The notes under the pieces: model-generated | Seen by the model: only the letters and a program-made list of their open reading frames with translations | Database searches by the model: none | What the model was told of the DNA's origin: nothing | In this document: piece after piece, positions 1 through 12,611 of the stretch | Numbering within the stretch: position 1 is the stretch's first letter | Layout of the letters: each line of letters begins with the position of its first letter | Assembly (NCBI GenBank): GCA_038496445.1 | Contig: JALMLS010000353.1 | Span: 1-64,000 of the forward strand | Source: Trichosphaerium sp. ATCC 40318 | Taxonomy: Eukaryota; Protista; Tubulinea | Direction: 5' to 3' | DNA length: 64,000 bases | Position numbers and translations under genes: made by a program

Positions 1-106
1 TTAAGATTATATGCTTGAGTGCATACTATGGTTTATTAGATAATGATATTGATGAGTACGTTTTACATTTCTAACTACATACTTTTATTGTTGTTTTGAA
101 CTCTAT

Positions 107-1769
107 CAATAGTTTATCTTAAAAGCGTCCAATATTTTCCTTTCAAACTTATTCCTTAGTAAGTGAGGGTCAAGATATTGTTCTAGGTTGTATGGTTTAA
201 TTTTAACCAACTCACAACCAATGCGGATTGCATGTACACCAGATAATGCTTATACCTGTATCTGTAATCTTAGTGTATGAAACATCAATGGAATGAACAC
301 GTGATAAAGCTTTGATTCCTTCATCTGAAATATTAGTGTGAGAGATATCTATTGTGTGAACATCACACAGCGCTTTTACACCCTTGCTTGTCACACGAGT
401 GTCAGAAAGAATTATGCAATGGGCTTTTTTCAGCTCTTTAATGCCTTTGTTCGTGATATGATAACAACTCCTTAGGTTGATACTATGAACACAGCCAGTG
501 CTGTTAATCCTTTATCTTCAACTCTAGTATCGCGGAGATTAATAGTATGAACACCAGCTAATGCTGCAATGCCTTCATCGGTTATTGAATGGCAACTCCT
601 TAAGTTGATAGCATACACACCGGCAAGTGGTTTTATCATTTCATCTGTCACTGGTGCACCAGCAAGATCAATAGTATGCACTCCTGATAATGCTGACAAT
701 GTAGAATATAGCACACCAAGATTAGAAGAACACAAAATAGTATGAACACCAGCTATAGCCTTCAACCCTGCATCATCCGCTTATATTCGTGAAATCAATA
801 GAATGGACGCCAGACAATGCCACAACACCCTTGTTGCGAGTGTCTTGCTAATGTCAATAGTATGAACTCCTTTTAATGCTGCAATGCCGTTGTCATCAAC
901 ATTAGTATTGGCAAGAAATATTGCATGAACACCTGCTAGTGCTTTCAATCCTTCATTTGTAACTCTGGTATTTTCCAAATTAATCGTGTGGACACCTGCC
1001 AGTGCTTTTATCCCTTTGTCTGTTACCACAGTCTTTCTTAGGTTAATCTTATGTACACCTGCCAGTGCTATTAATCCTTCATCTGTAACTTTAGTTCTTT
1101 GAAGATTGATTTCATGTACTCCAGCTAAGGCTTTGATGCCCTCATCTTTTACATACATGTATGAAAGATTTATTGTGTGAATACCAGCTAAGGCTTGCAC
1201 GCCCTCTTTACGTCGTCTAATGATGGAAGTCCTCTAAATGACGAATCTTTTCTATAAATTGGTGTCGATGATAGACAAATTGTATTTGAACCTGAAAGCC
1301 ATTTAATCCCGTTTAAACTAACCTTACACCTTTCTAGTACTATCGTATGTGTACCGGAGAGTTGTTTAAGCTGTTTTTCACTCAAAGCAAACCCGTCAAA
1401 GCTAATACCATGAATGATATTGATGTTTGAAAAATCGAGAGCTGAATTCTTGGAAAGATTAAGCATGTACACGCCGTCTGAGAGGTACTTATTCATTTCT
1501 TTCTGCTTCATTTTGTATTTAATTACAATCTCACTTGACTTTATAAGGTGTGGTGCTGTTTGGAATAGTTGTTTCAGCTTTTCTTTTGAACGTATTATAA
1601 CTCTTTTTCTTCTTGATTTGCTGTCATAGTTTAAGTGGTTTATAGCTATTTGGGCTAGATACGTTGATGTATGAACTATTGAGTTCATATCTGACGAATA
1701 GACGTTTTGAAGAATACATACGGCTACTTCAACTGGAATTTCGTCAAAGTATGCGGTTGTTTGGTTCAT
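107..1769 (-). pseudogene. F-box-like + LRR repeat protein, frameshifted (paralog of 10912-12195)
   Basis: N-terminal FDEIPVEVAVCIL (F-box-like), then GVHxIxLxxTxVTDEGxKALA repeats spread over ORFs 1188-1769, 781-1200, 472-765 and 212-394. Breaks at ~1207, ~833, ~782, ~494 and ~252 are 1-4 nt indels, not GT-AG introns. Pseudogene or consensus error. Confidence 0.75.
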
Positions 1770-1868
1770 TTTTTCTAGTAGCGACTTAGATATCTATGTG
1801 TACAACTAATTACATACCTCGTTGTTGTATTGTGTCGTATAACTTAGCTACAGTTATAACGAGTTGTT

Positions 1869-1954
1869 ATAAGGATGCATTTAAGTCCGCCTCTAAGTTA
1901 CCTTAATAAAGTCTTTAACCTCATTCCCAACTATGTCCAGTTATACCTCTCATA
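1869..1954 (-). promoter_or_regulatory. Conserved ~85-bp upstream element of F-box/LRR genes, copy A
   Basis: Reverse complement (aggtataactggacatagtt...aggttaaaga...aggtaacttagag...gactt...atcctta) aligns closely with 10815-10892, in the same orientation relative to each LRR gene. Confidence 0.6.
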
Positions 1955-2739
1955 TTGTTACAGGTACAAGGTATGGAGAATTCTGTTTTGATAACTTTAT
2001 TACAAGCGAGGTTTTATTAACTTTATTACATAATAATAACTAACTTCGTTATGTTCAGATAACGAAAGAAACATACTGTAAACGCCCCAAAGATATGTTG
2101 ATTGTTATTTACTTCCAAAAAATGCTGTTGATTAACCACGTGAGATAGGTCTTTTTGAGCACAGGAAAAAAAGCAAGTTTTTTACAGAAAATCCCTTCGC
2201 ACTATTTAAACCCAAACTTCTGTGTGCATGCTATCTTGTGTACATATTTATTGAGATGGTTTTGGAGTAACAAAAAGGACTTGTAGCCTATTCAGCGCAC
2301 AGAGATATATAGCAACCTGCAACTTGTGCCGTAGCAATCACATTTTACAATACTACGTCTACTACGTCTTTAATAGCCTCGGCTTGGCAGAGTTAAAATT
2401 GTGTAGTTCACAAGTTCGCTTAGCCTAACAGTATATGTTACTACGAGAAGTTTTCGCGCCTTATTAACTTACGTAATGTCCCAATAATATAGTACAGTAT
2501 CCAAGTAACTTACGGGTTAGTGGCTCGCTGGGTTTTTGCGGGTACATGGTAATCTTGTACACCTTTTTATAAGCTAGTAAATACTACGCTATCGCTGGAG
2601 ACTTGTAAATAAACACGTGTTTTTGCACACCATTAAGTGAATATTTGTATGATAAATGGAGTCTGATTTTATGGCTTACCGTAAAACTATTAACAGAAGC
2701 AACAGCATAAATTCCTGAAATACCATACAATCAACAACA

Positions 2740-4206
2740 ATGCCTACTTTAAAAAGTGAAGATCATCTCACTATCCAGAATACTGTTGGGAACAACTACA
2801 TTGTATGCTAAACTTGTACAACTTTCTAATGTAACTCCTATGTAGATCCACACTTCTTCTGTTGGTACGTTGTTTGTAAAAGTCAGTAGCACGAAGACAA
2901 CCAACGTGGCATTTTATATGGTCAACTCACCTTGATATTAGCGCGCTTGTACAAGAGCAGTCCTACAGGGGAATGGGGATTCAGTGGCTTGGTTGGCGCT
3001 GTAACCATTGGTAAGAACTACCCTTGTTTCTAGTGTATAATCGTTAACTTCTTGTAGCTACAAGCAAACAAAACGCTTCTCACTACATCAAGTTAATCAA
3101 TTTAATGGTACGTTATAAACAGAAACAAAGTCGCCCTTGCGTTCCCTTTTTTTTTTCTTCTTTGAAACACGTGATTTTGGTTTCTGACGCATGGATGTAG
3201 GATAATAAAGTTATATTCTCTCAAGAGATGTACAATGGTTTTATTTATACCTCACCTGATGCTTTTTTCCACGTGTTCGAGACCGACAATTGGGTATCTG
3301 GCTTGTACGTGTTCTGGTCTTTTTTTCCCTTGTCCATGATCTAAACTTGATCAATAGTTCTTTTGCGGATGCTAGCGAAGCTGCTGTTTTTCTTGAGAAA
3401 GTGTCTTGTTGTAAGAGTATGATTGGGCTACCTACACCTAAACATGGCGAAAACGGAAAGCAAGGAAGAAAGAAATCCAGTAAAAAGGTATAAGTTATCA
3501 AGCTATTTCTAACTTGAATGGTACATTAACGCTTTGTACTTGCAGGCAGGTAGACCTTACAAAGTAAAGAAAAGCATCAGGTTGTTTAGTAAGAAACTAA
3601 AGAAAGCAGGAGGCAAGAAGAGACATTCTCAAATTTCGACACCACAAGTACGTTTTTGTTTGTTCTTTTGTTAGCTAATTGCGCGCAGAACTTTAGACAT
3701 GTGTCTCATCTCGGATGGGATACAGAGAAGGCTGAATTTAAGACTCGTAACCTACCACCAACGCTTATTGTAAGTCTCAGCGCTAGATTACTAACCATAC
3801 TAAACTTCTCTTAAGCAAGACAGAAAAGACAAAGGGAATCCAACCCTGCCACACGAAATATGCTCTGGTATTCCAAAAGAAGAAGATATTCCCGTTGTAT
3901 TGGAACAGTACGTTTTTATTTGAAAGCAATACTAATAAAATATTTAGTCCACAAGGTCCTCCACCTCCACCACCAGCACCACCAGTACCACCAGCGCCAC
4001 CAGCACCACCAGCACCACCTGCTGCAATACCATATGTTCCAACAAGTTCGACGGGTAGAGTAGGAGCTTCTACAGCGACAGGTATCCGTTCTGCACCACC
4101 AAAGGCTGCTCTTAAGCAATTTATTGGCGATATTATGCTTACTAGTATAATTAAAAGACGTGGGGCTATGGGTTATAATGAAGAAGAATCTGAAGGATCA
4201 TTCTGA
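2740..4206 (+). CDS. WASP-family actin nucleation-promoting factor (WH1-basic-CRIB-polyPro-C/A), spliced
   Basis: Spliced exons read ARLYKSSPTGEWGFSGLVGAV and VIFSQEMYNGFIY..FFHVFETD..GFSFADASEAAVF (WH1); ISTPQNFRHVSHLGWD (CRIB); poly-Pro; IIKRRGAMGYNEEESEGSF tail. Confidence 0.88.
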
Positions 4207-5152
4207 ACTAAATATGAACTTTTTGAAAAAGTCACATTCATGTGGTTAATCTTACAGCAATTTTAAATAAAACTAAAGCATTCGTGTTGAAAACTAGTGA
4301 GTCTTGTTTAACAAATACAATTGTTGCATCTAATTTATGTAATTGTCTGAAGTTTGATCAACCAAACCATGAAACTTGCAATGAGTTTACTTGTTATGTT
4401 TTTTAGTACAAACTTAAGCACTTTTCTTCATTAATCGTTATTGTAGTATACTACGTTGTCCCAGCCAATACCAGTACATCATAACGCCATTTAATTAGTG
4501 GTAAAAGAAGGAAAAGAAAGTAAAATAGTTTAAGTCATGATGAAGAGAAAGAAAGAAACAAGTGTTTACCACAGCAAGTGTTTTTTCAAGTATCATCCAC
4601 AAAAATAATACGAAAGAATCGATGTTTTACAAAGTTCTATACTTGCCTAAATCATTGTCGTGGCAATATACCTTGAATGGATTCAGACTTCTACAGAGTT
4701 TCTTTTCTACCACTACTGGCACAACCAAAATAAATCGACACGTGACTAATAATAAAAAAAAACCCTCTCTTTCTTTACAACGAATACAATTTTTCATACA
4801 CACAGCTGAGGCGTATACAACCATAAACGGGTTATACTTGTGAAGTGATGTTGACAGCCTTTTAGTGTTGCTGTTCGTTAGCTAGACTTGCTTATACTAA
4901 GCGTATTAAGTGCTGTTTTCATCTTGTAAAATTCTCATATCATCCGGCTAAATTCGTATATATGGCTTTATTTGTCTTTATTACTAAGTCTGTAAGATAT
5001 TTCCATTAAAGAAAGGAAATCATGTCATCGCTATTTTGCTACGTGAGCATGTTTTCACTAAAAATTGCCAAAAAACCAGTGAATAATTCTCTGAATGGTT
5101 CTCAGATACTTCTCTTGCTTCTTTATTGTTTCAACAAAGACCTACAGTAAGT

Positions 5153-8100
5153 ATGTCAAGCGACAGCACTGAATGTATGTCTTTGGCTACAGACGGAAGT
5201 GGTGACATTCAAAACCAAAGGTTCGTTTGGTGACTATTGTTTTATTAAAACGTTTGATCACGGAGATTTGAGCCTAACAGTATTGTTTGTAGTTGTGGCT
5301 TTGCGTTTCATGTCATCAAAACGTCAAAATCTAATTTTAACATTAAATTCACTAGTAAGTGCTAGAAAAGTTGTAACACTTACGCTGACACTATACTAGA
5401 CCTCTTGTTGTCTCAAATCAAAAAACAAAAATCGTCAGAGCGAGCTATAACCCAGGCTCTGAAAAACAAAAAGTACGACCCCAAGAAATGGTTCATCTCT
5501 AAGAGAATTGCCTAGGAGTACAGTGGATATACGCTTACATACAGGAAAGCAATCTTTTACGATACAACCACTAATAAGCAAGGATGGAAGCGAGGAGTAT
5601 GTAGGTTTGTTTGATGGGAACGAAGATGACGCTATGTACGATTTCGAAGTATGACTCATCAGTACCTAATACCACGTGTAGACCGAGTAGCTCTTTTTTA
5701 AACGCTACTGAAGGTGAAATACACATAACGATTTCTAAAACAAAAGCGCCTGACTTTCCAATGTCATGTGAACTTCAGAATGTTAACTACAGTGTACCCC
5801 AAAAGAAGGGCTCTGTAAGGCAAATCATTCATAATGTTTCAGCCAAATTTGTACCTGGTGAGCTCGTTGCCATAATGGGGCCAACGGGTAAGTGACGTAA
5901 TAGCGTACCAGAAGATCTTACACACTCTAGGAAGCGGTAAAACCACTTTAATGAATATTATAGCAGGGAGAACAAAGACGGGAGTTTCTGGCTCTATCCT
6001 TCACAACGGTTCAAAACCAAGATCTAAAACAAGGAGGCTTCTTGCATATGTATTGCAGGTATGAAGAAAATGACGTATCACGTGAATACCACGTGATACT
6101 AAGATGCAATTTTGTTAATCAGTTTTTTCCACAGAACGATGTTATGCTTGAGAATCTTACTGTATGGCAAACTCTTATGTATCATGCTGAACTGAGGATG
6201 CCTGCTTCTGTTTCGTTGCAAGATAAGAAAGATAAGGTAATGCTACTGATGAACGAGCGTTTAGAATTGGTCCTAAAGCATTGGTTGTAGGTTCTTGAGT
6301 TGTTGGCACTTTTGAATCTTACGAAAGCGAAGAATACTATCATTGGAGGTGATGTTAAGCGAGGGATTTCAGGAGGGGAGAAAAAGAGAGTCAACATTGC
6401 ACTAGCTCTACTGTCAAATCCAAGTTTATTGCTTCTTGATGAACCAACAAGGTATGAGACTATCGCTAATTTTACGCTGTAGCTAACTGCGACCGTAGTG
6501 GACTAGACCTCAGTACAGCTGAAAAACTTACTGAAATATTAAAGAAACTTGCCCAGCAAGGTCTCACTGTTGTACGTTTTTGAGCATGGTCTTGTTCAAT
6601 CGATTCTTGTCTTACAGTCTAAGGTAACTACTATACATCAACCGAGCTCTCAAATGTGGAACTACTTCGACAAGTTACTGGTACTTAGACTTTCTCTTTT
6701 TCAACTTCATTCTCCTCTTATGAGTTGAAATAGCTCCTCACAGATGGAAGTACTGTTTATTACGGCCCTACAAATAAGTGTATAGGATATCTTGGTAGTT
6801 TAGGATACAAGTGCCACAAGTTTTACAATCCAGCTGATTTTATAAGTACGTATTTAGTAACCGCTGATGTGTTGATGTTTATTGCTTTTTAGTGGGCATA
6901 ATGATGAAACAAGAAAGCACTAATAGTGGCAAGTCAATTAAACAAGATCTTATAGCGGCATACAGGCACGTGTGTTTTTCCAAAAACCTAGCTTGTCCAC
7001 GTGTTGCTAATAGGTTTTTTAAAGTAAGTATAGCAAGAAACTATCACCAAGTGATTCAGATAGTGCTATGCACCCAGTCGATGATATTGAAGAGGACCAT
7101 GTTCAAAAAAAGTACATCTGAAAGAGCTTAACGAAAACTAAAGGGTTTGTCTTATTTAGGAAATTTCCTACTTCGTGGTGGCATCAGTTTAGAGTTATAC
7201 TAGTGAGACAATTCCATCAATATAGGCCACTAGCTTTTTCGTATCTAACGTTCCTTGATGTAAGTTATAACCTCAGAACAAAAGTAACATCTAATGCATT
7301 GTCAGACAATTTTAAGCGCAGTTGCAATAAGTCTCATTTTTTTTAATACGCCGTATGAAGAAAACAAGATTCAAGACAGACTTGGTCTTATTTTTGTGGT
7401 TCTCACTCTTGCAGCTGCTTTCAGACCATTATTTCATAGTGTTACTGGGTTTCCAGCAGATAGAGTAGTTCTAGAGAAGGAGAGAAGTGACAACTTATTT
7501 CGGTATGACAACAATCATTTTCTTATTTTTTTCCCACGAACTGAACTGACCCTTTCATCTAGGCTCTCAGCATACTATTTCGCAAGAGTTTTTGCTTCAA
7601 TACCTTATGACTGTTTACATCTATTCATATTTGTAGTAATAACATACTGGGCAACTGGATTCAGAAGATCTGCTTCAGCGTACGCCAAAGACATGTTCAG
7701 CCAAGCAACTAATGATAGAATATAGCTTCGCTACTTTCTGCCTGCTGATGTTCACAAGTTTTGAAGTTGCCAAAAGCTTTGGATTAATTATGGGCGCTAT
7801 ATTTAAAGATGTGAATAAAGCTTTGGTAGTTGGCTTCAATATCTTTCTCATAAGGTAACTGACTTTAACAGCATTGAGACATTATTTGAAACAAACTTCT
7901 AATGTTGTCTTAGTACAATAGCGTCTGGGTTTCTAGCAAGTCTTCTACCAAGCTGGATAAAGTGGATACAATACTTAGGATTTTTCAAGTTCATCTATGA
8001 TGTACGAAGTCATCTATACAACTTTACAGAATGAAATCTTAACTTGGATGTAGGGTGTTTTGATCAATGATTTACAAGGCGTAACCTTTAGGCAGATACC

Positions 8101-8305
8101 TGATTTTTCATCTTCATATGATGATATTCTAGTATCTAATAGTACAGAGGTGTTACCTGATATATCGGGCGAAAGAGTAATTGATGTAGTTGGTGTTATT
8201 GTAAATGACATTTGGCTGAATTTTTTAATCGTGGTTGGATGGCTTATTGTTCAACACATCATTGCATTTATTTGTCTAAAGTATAACTATAAACCAAAAA
8301 AATAA
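5153..8305 (+). CDS. ABCG (White-like) half-transporter, spliced
   Basis: Walker A AIMGPTGSGKTT, signature ISGGEKKRV, Walker [23 protein letters not shown], then C-terminal TM domain (QDRLG, EKER..SAYY). Start codon tentative. Confidence 0.93.
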
Positions 8306-8469
8306 ACAAAGTTTAAATCAAATCCTATTGTTCAATCGACTCCAAATGGTTTTTTTTTATTGATAACACAGCTTCATAACAACTTCTTCATAAACCCAAT
8401 TACTAAACTTCATTCCTGTACACTAGCAAGGTCACAATTTTGAACTCTATACTGGGTTAAATTATCTAT

Positions 8470-10710
8470 CTACTGAAAGATTTCTCCTTCGTAGATCGGT
8501 TCAAGGTCAACAGGGATATCTTCTAAGCTATTTAAGGCTTCAGCCATTATATCTGTCTTAATAGCATAAGTATCTAACAACTTTTGTGCAGTAGCCTTGC
8601 AGCCCTAGAGAAATTAAGTCAGTGCTCAGAGTACTTACAAACAAAAAAAAAAGTTATCAGTTAGGTTTTTTTACCTTTGCTTGTGCTAGTAGAATTTCTC
8701 CAGTTAAGTCCTTTACAGCTTGACCAATCTTATCGAAGTTTACAAAAAAAGTTTTATCCTCTTTATCATAACCAAAACCACCCTATAACACATAAAACAT
8801 TAGATCATACGTTCACAAAACCAAAAAACTTCAGAAAAAAACGTCAGAAAAAAAAGAGAAAAAAGCAGTACTTTGTCCAAGAGATAGTTCAATTGCAAGG
8901 CTTGACCCTTTCCATGGGCTTCCTCAAGACCAAATCTGATAGATCTGAAAGCACCAGCCAAGTAAGTAACATAGAAGCTGTTTTTCATGTCCTTTGATAC
9001 AATTCCCTAAAGTACTTGTTAAGCAAACAAAACCAACTTAATATGAGCCTAACCTTATCCATAAAGTGAAGAAGAGCGTGTAATCCAAGAATATCAGCTT
9101 TTCCTTCTTCAATAGCGCTATGTATCTCTTTCATCTGCGCACGTACTGTTGTCTTCTTACCATCAACTACAATGTCGTGTGGTCCCAAACTGTGCGCTAT
9201 AAAGACGATTAGAAAGAAAATGAAAAAAACGAAGCTTGTCGTACAGCATTCATGAGATAAAATATGTGTAAAGAAAGCATCAAATGATATGTATTGTTGT
9301 TGATCAGCTCTGATGACTTTCTTTGCGATAGGAGTCAACACTTGCTTAAACTTTTCTTCCTAAGTCAAGTTCGATTAGCAACTCGTTTTCAGGCCACTAT
9401 GATCTGTTTGGATTACAAATAACGTACTTGCACGTTCTTTAGAAGCACGAGTTTCGTGCCTTCTTGTTTGCAAACACGCTCGTCATTAGGTAGACAAAAC
9501 GCTGCTGTCATAGGACCAGCAACATCACCGGCAGAGTATACTTGGTTAACAACAACTATAAACGAGATTAATTAAAACACGTAGTGACAAGTCCGAGTAG
9601 TACCAATGTAGCGTTCGCTGATTTTCGTGTTCTTGTATTTATCCGGTACTAAAATATCATTTAGACGCAAGGAGCAAACACAAGAAAGGTATTACTCACG
9701 TGGAAGGTCATTTTCAATAGCTTGAAGTTCATTTGTGAATTTTTTGAGTTTTTTAGATTCGTCGAAGTCACGAAGGGCAATAAACGCTTCGAAAGCAGCC
9801 TTGTAGTTGAATAGTTCATCCTCGTATACTTCATATGGTCCTATACAATATTAAAAAATGGAAGAGAGTGATTAGAGTACCAATTGTAACGTCTATGGCT
9901 GAGCTATCATCTATCTTCATCCATGCAACGTCAGAGTCATAGTAGTCATTGGAAAGAAAAGAGCTTGCTCTTGACGTCAAAAACTTGCGCAAAGAATCGT
10001 TTTCTACCAAAGAAGCAGCCTCAGAGAGGAGGGAAGACACTTTGTTTTTAACGTTAATTCAATGAAAAGCGAGAAGAACGTTAAACTGTTTACCTTGCGT
10101 CAATTGGGTCTTGTAGGCTTCAGAATAAGGTGTAGCTTTGAGTTTCTTATCTTCTGATGCTCTCGTTATTAAATGAAAGTATCCTGTTGCGTTTTCCTTC
10201 TCTTTGGCTGTCATTCCTTTAATCTGTTCAGATGATTAATTATTTGTTTGGCTTTGAGGATTTGATTTCGTACCCATGCTTCAAACTCCTCCTTTGACAT
10301 GTCAAGCGGATAAAAATTTGCGCCTTTTGGTTTTTTAGGCACAGAGGAGGTAAAAGCTTCATGATCCTCCAATCTGAGCGTATTAGTGACAAATATAATA
10401 GATTAGAAGCACGTACACGTTCCAAGGTCCTCTATTGATCCAATAATAACGTGAAAGCAACGAACCTTCCCTAAGCACAATTAGAGCGTATATTAATCGG
10501 ATTAGAGTACTCAGAAGTATCTTCTTTAAGTTTATTGTATAAACTCAAGTTATCTGACCACAATTGCTGCATGTACAACTCATTGATTACTTTTGCGGCT
10601 GTGACGAGTTTTTTTAACGCTGTCTTCTGGTTTGTGTTCAGAGCCGCCGTATCAGCCTTAATTTTTGTTGTAGCATACTTTGCTAGCTTTGTTCTCAATG
10701 CTTGGGCCAT
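8470..10710 (-). CDS. Peptidase M49 (dipeptidyl peptidase III) of the HEXXH plant-NUDT3/bacterial type, without Nudix domain
   Basis: FLSNDYYDSDVAWM, IDVTIGPYEVYEDELFNYKAAFEAF, spliced motif FFTHILSHECSHSLGPH, EEGKADILG, RSIRFGLEEAHGKG, C-terminal IPVDLEP. Confidence 0.88.
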
Positions 10711-10814
10711 TGTTGAAGTTCTGAGTTTAACAGTTATGACTGTAGGGCGTTCGAAAAAATTAGGCTACCAAAAACTATTGACACGTGATTTGTAAAATCT
10801 AACGGCGTAGCTGG

Positions 10815-10892
10815 TATGTGAAAGGTATAACTGGACGTAGTTAGGTTAAAGAGTATTAGGTAACTTAGAGAGCAGACTTGAAAGTATCCTTA
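10815..10892 (+). promoter_or_regulatory. Conserved upstream element of F-box/LRR genes, copy B
   Basis: Aligns with the reverse complement of 1869-1954; ends 20 bp before ATG 10912; lies in the divergent spacer shared with the DPP III gene. Confidence 0.6.
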
Positions 10893-10911
10893 CGCCATCT
10901 TTTTGAACGCA

Positions 10912-12195
10912 ATGGAAGAGCGCACTGAAAATACCAGTAGCAACGAAATCGACCTATTAGCGCTCCCAGTTGAAGTAATAGTTCATATCCTCAAACAGGG
11001 AAAATATACACTCTGTTCAGCCCAAACATGCCGCTTATTACGAGATATCGTCCATAACCATGTTGGATATGGTCAAATTATAATTACCAGAGAGAATCAA
11101 CTGAAAGTTCTTTCTCAGAGTCCGCTACTTCGGAGTTCACGTCTTAGTTTTTCGATTCGCGTTGCTCGACGTATATTAACCGACAGTCACCTGCGTTTAC
11201 TTGCAGGTGTACGCGCCATTGACATAGCATATGTACCATTGATAACAGATGAGGGTATTAAGGCATTAGCTGGTGTATATGAAATTGATTTGTCAGAAAC
11301 AAATGTAACAGATGAAGGTGTCAAGGCGTTGGCTGGCGTGCGCAAGATTAGTTTATCAAATACACGTGTAACAGATGAAGGTTTGAAGGTATTGTCAGGA
11401 GTACATACTATCGGCTTGTTTAATTGCGTAATAACAAGCGAAGGCTTGAAGGCGTTGCGTGGTGTACACACCATATACTTGGGTTGTTGTGAACACATAA
11501 CGGATGAGGGTGTAAAGGCATTGGCAGGTGTACATCATATTGATCTATCAGAAACATGCATAACAGATGAGGGTGTCAAGGCATTGGCGGGTGTACATCA
11601 TATTGATTTATCAGAAACACTCATAACAGACGAGGGTGTCAAGGCATTGGCGGGTGTACATAATATTAATTTATCAGAAACACACATAACAGATGAAGGT
11701 TTGAAGGCATTGGCTGGTGTACACACCATATACTTGGGTTGTTGTAAACAAATAACAGATGAAGGCATCAAGGCGTTGGCAGGTGTACATAACATTGATT
11801 TATCAGAAACATATGTAACAGATAAGGGGGTCAAGGCGTTGGCTGGTGTACACACTATTGACTTAGGCCGTTGTGAAATAACAGATGAGGGTGTCAAAGC
11901 ATTGACTGGTGTACACAATATTGACTTGACCCACTGTGGACAAATAACAGATGAGAGTGTAAAGACGTTGGCTGGTGTACACACCATATACTTGGGTTTT
12001 TGTGAACACATAACAGATGAAGGAATCATTGCATTGGCTGGAGTCCATGAGATTTGTTTACATAATATGAATGTAACTGATAAATGTTTGGAGGTATTGT
12101 CAGATGCACATACAGTTAAATTGTTCGACTGTAGCTCAATAACACATGAGGCCATCAAAATATTGAAGAAACATGCGAATACTTTGCACAACTAA
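10912..12195 (+). CDS. Intronless F-box-like + LRR protein (~15 repeats of 21-22 aa)
   Basis: LLALPVEVIVHIL..CSAQTCRLLRDIV (F-box-like) followed by tandem GVHxIxLSET/GCCxxITDEGVKALA repeats; single open frame. Confidence 0.88.
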   Translation: MEERTENTSSNEIDLLALPVEVIVHILKQGKYTLCSAQTCRLLRDIVHNHVGYGQIIITRENQLKVLSQSPLLRSSRLSFSIRVARRILTDSHLRLLAGVRAIDIAYVPLITDEGIKALAGVYEIDLSETNVTDEGVKALAGVRKISLSNTRVTDEGLKVLSGVHTIGLFNCVITSEGLKALRGVHTIYLGCCEHITDEGVKALAGVHHIDLSETCITDEGVKALAGVHHIDLSETLITDEGVKALAGVHNINLSETHITDEGLKALAGVHTIYLGCCKQITDEGIKALAGVHNIDLSETYVTDKGVKALAGVHTIDLGRCEITDEGVKALTGVHNIDLTHCGQITDESVKTLAGVHTIYLGFCEHITDEGIIALAGVHEICLHNMNVTDKCLEVLSDAHTVKLFDCSSITHEAIKILKKHANTLHN

Positions 12196-12611
12196 AAAAT
12201 AGGTCTAGGTGTGGTTGTAGGAGTCTATAAAAATAAAATAAAATCTTGAGTAGTATCAACTTCTTTGAGGTATTTTTACTCCCTTTGAACTATCTTTCAT
12301 TCCAAACGCGAGTTGTAGCAGGTAGCTATGATATATTACTTGTATTATCACAAATAATTTTGTGATTTGTTAGTACTGTACCGAGGAAAAGTATTGACAG
12401 TCAAAACAAGTATTTTCGAAACTCGTTTTTCAGAATGTCTAGAACTGTCTCAAAAAGCGATGCTACCGAGACCGCTACGCACTGCTAAAACTAATAAAAC
12501 GACACCAATAGTATCAACAATACCGCCTTATTCTTGTCAAAAAATACAAAGTCAACGCAAGCCCAGTTTAAAATAATAAAAAACTTCATTTTTGTTTTCA
12601 AATAAAACAAC

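Noticed and set aside
107-1769. Alternative genetic code or tiny introns explaining the broken LRR gene
   Set aside because: Breaks are frame changes without GT-AG ends; TAA, TAG and TGA all act as stops in conserved genes here.
4245-4311. GTTAATCTTACAGCAA...TTAAC resembling a dictyostelid Class I RNA
   Set aside because: Lies in the WASP 3' UTR with AATAAA inside, no upstream DUSE-like element seen, and the stem is only 5 AT-rich bp; probably chance.
11187-12191. Minus-strand ORFs over the LRR gene (likewise over 18456-19885, 31225-31815, 58609-60776)
   Set aside because: Shadow or alternate frames caused by repetitive or low-complexity coding sequence.
12270-12365. Weak similarity to 30240-30330 (actcc.ttt, gtagca.g, atatattactt)
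   Set aside because: Only short AT-rich blocks; significance doubtful without alignment statistics.
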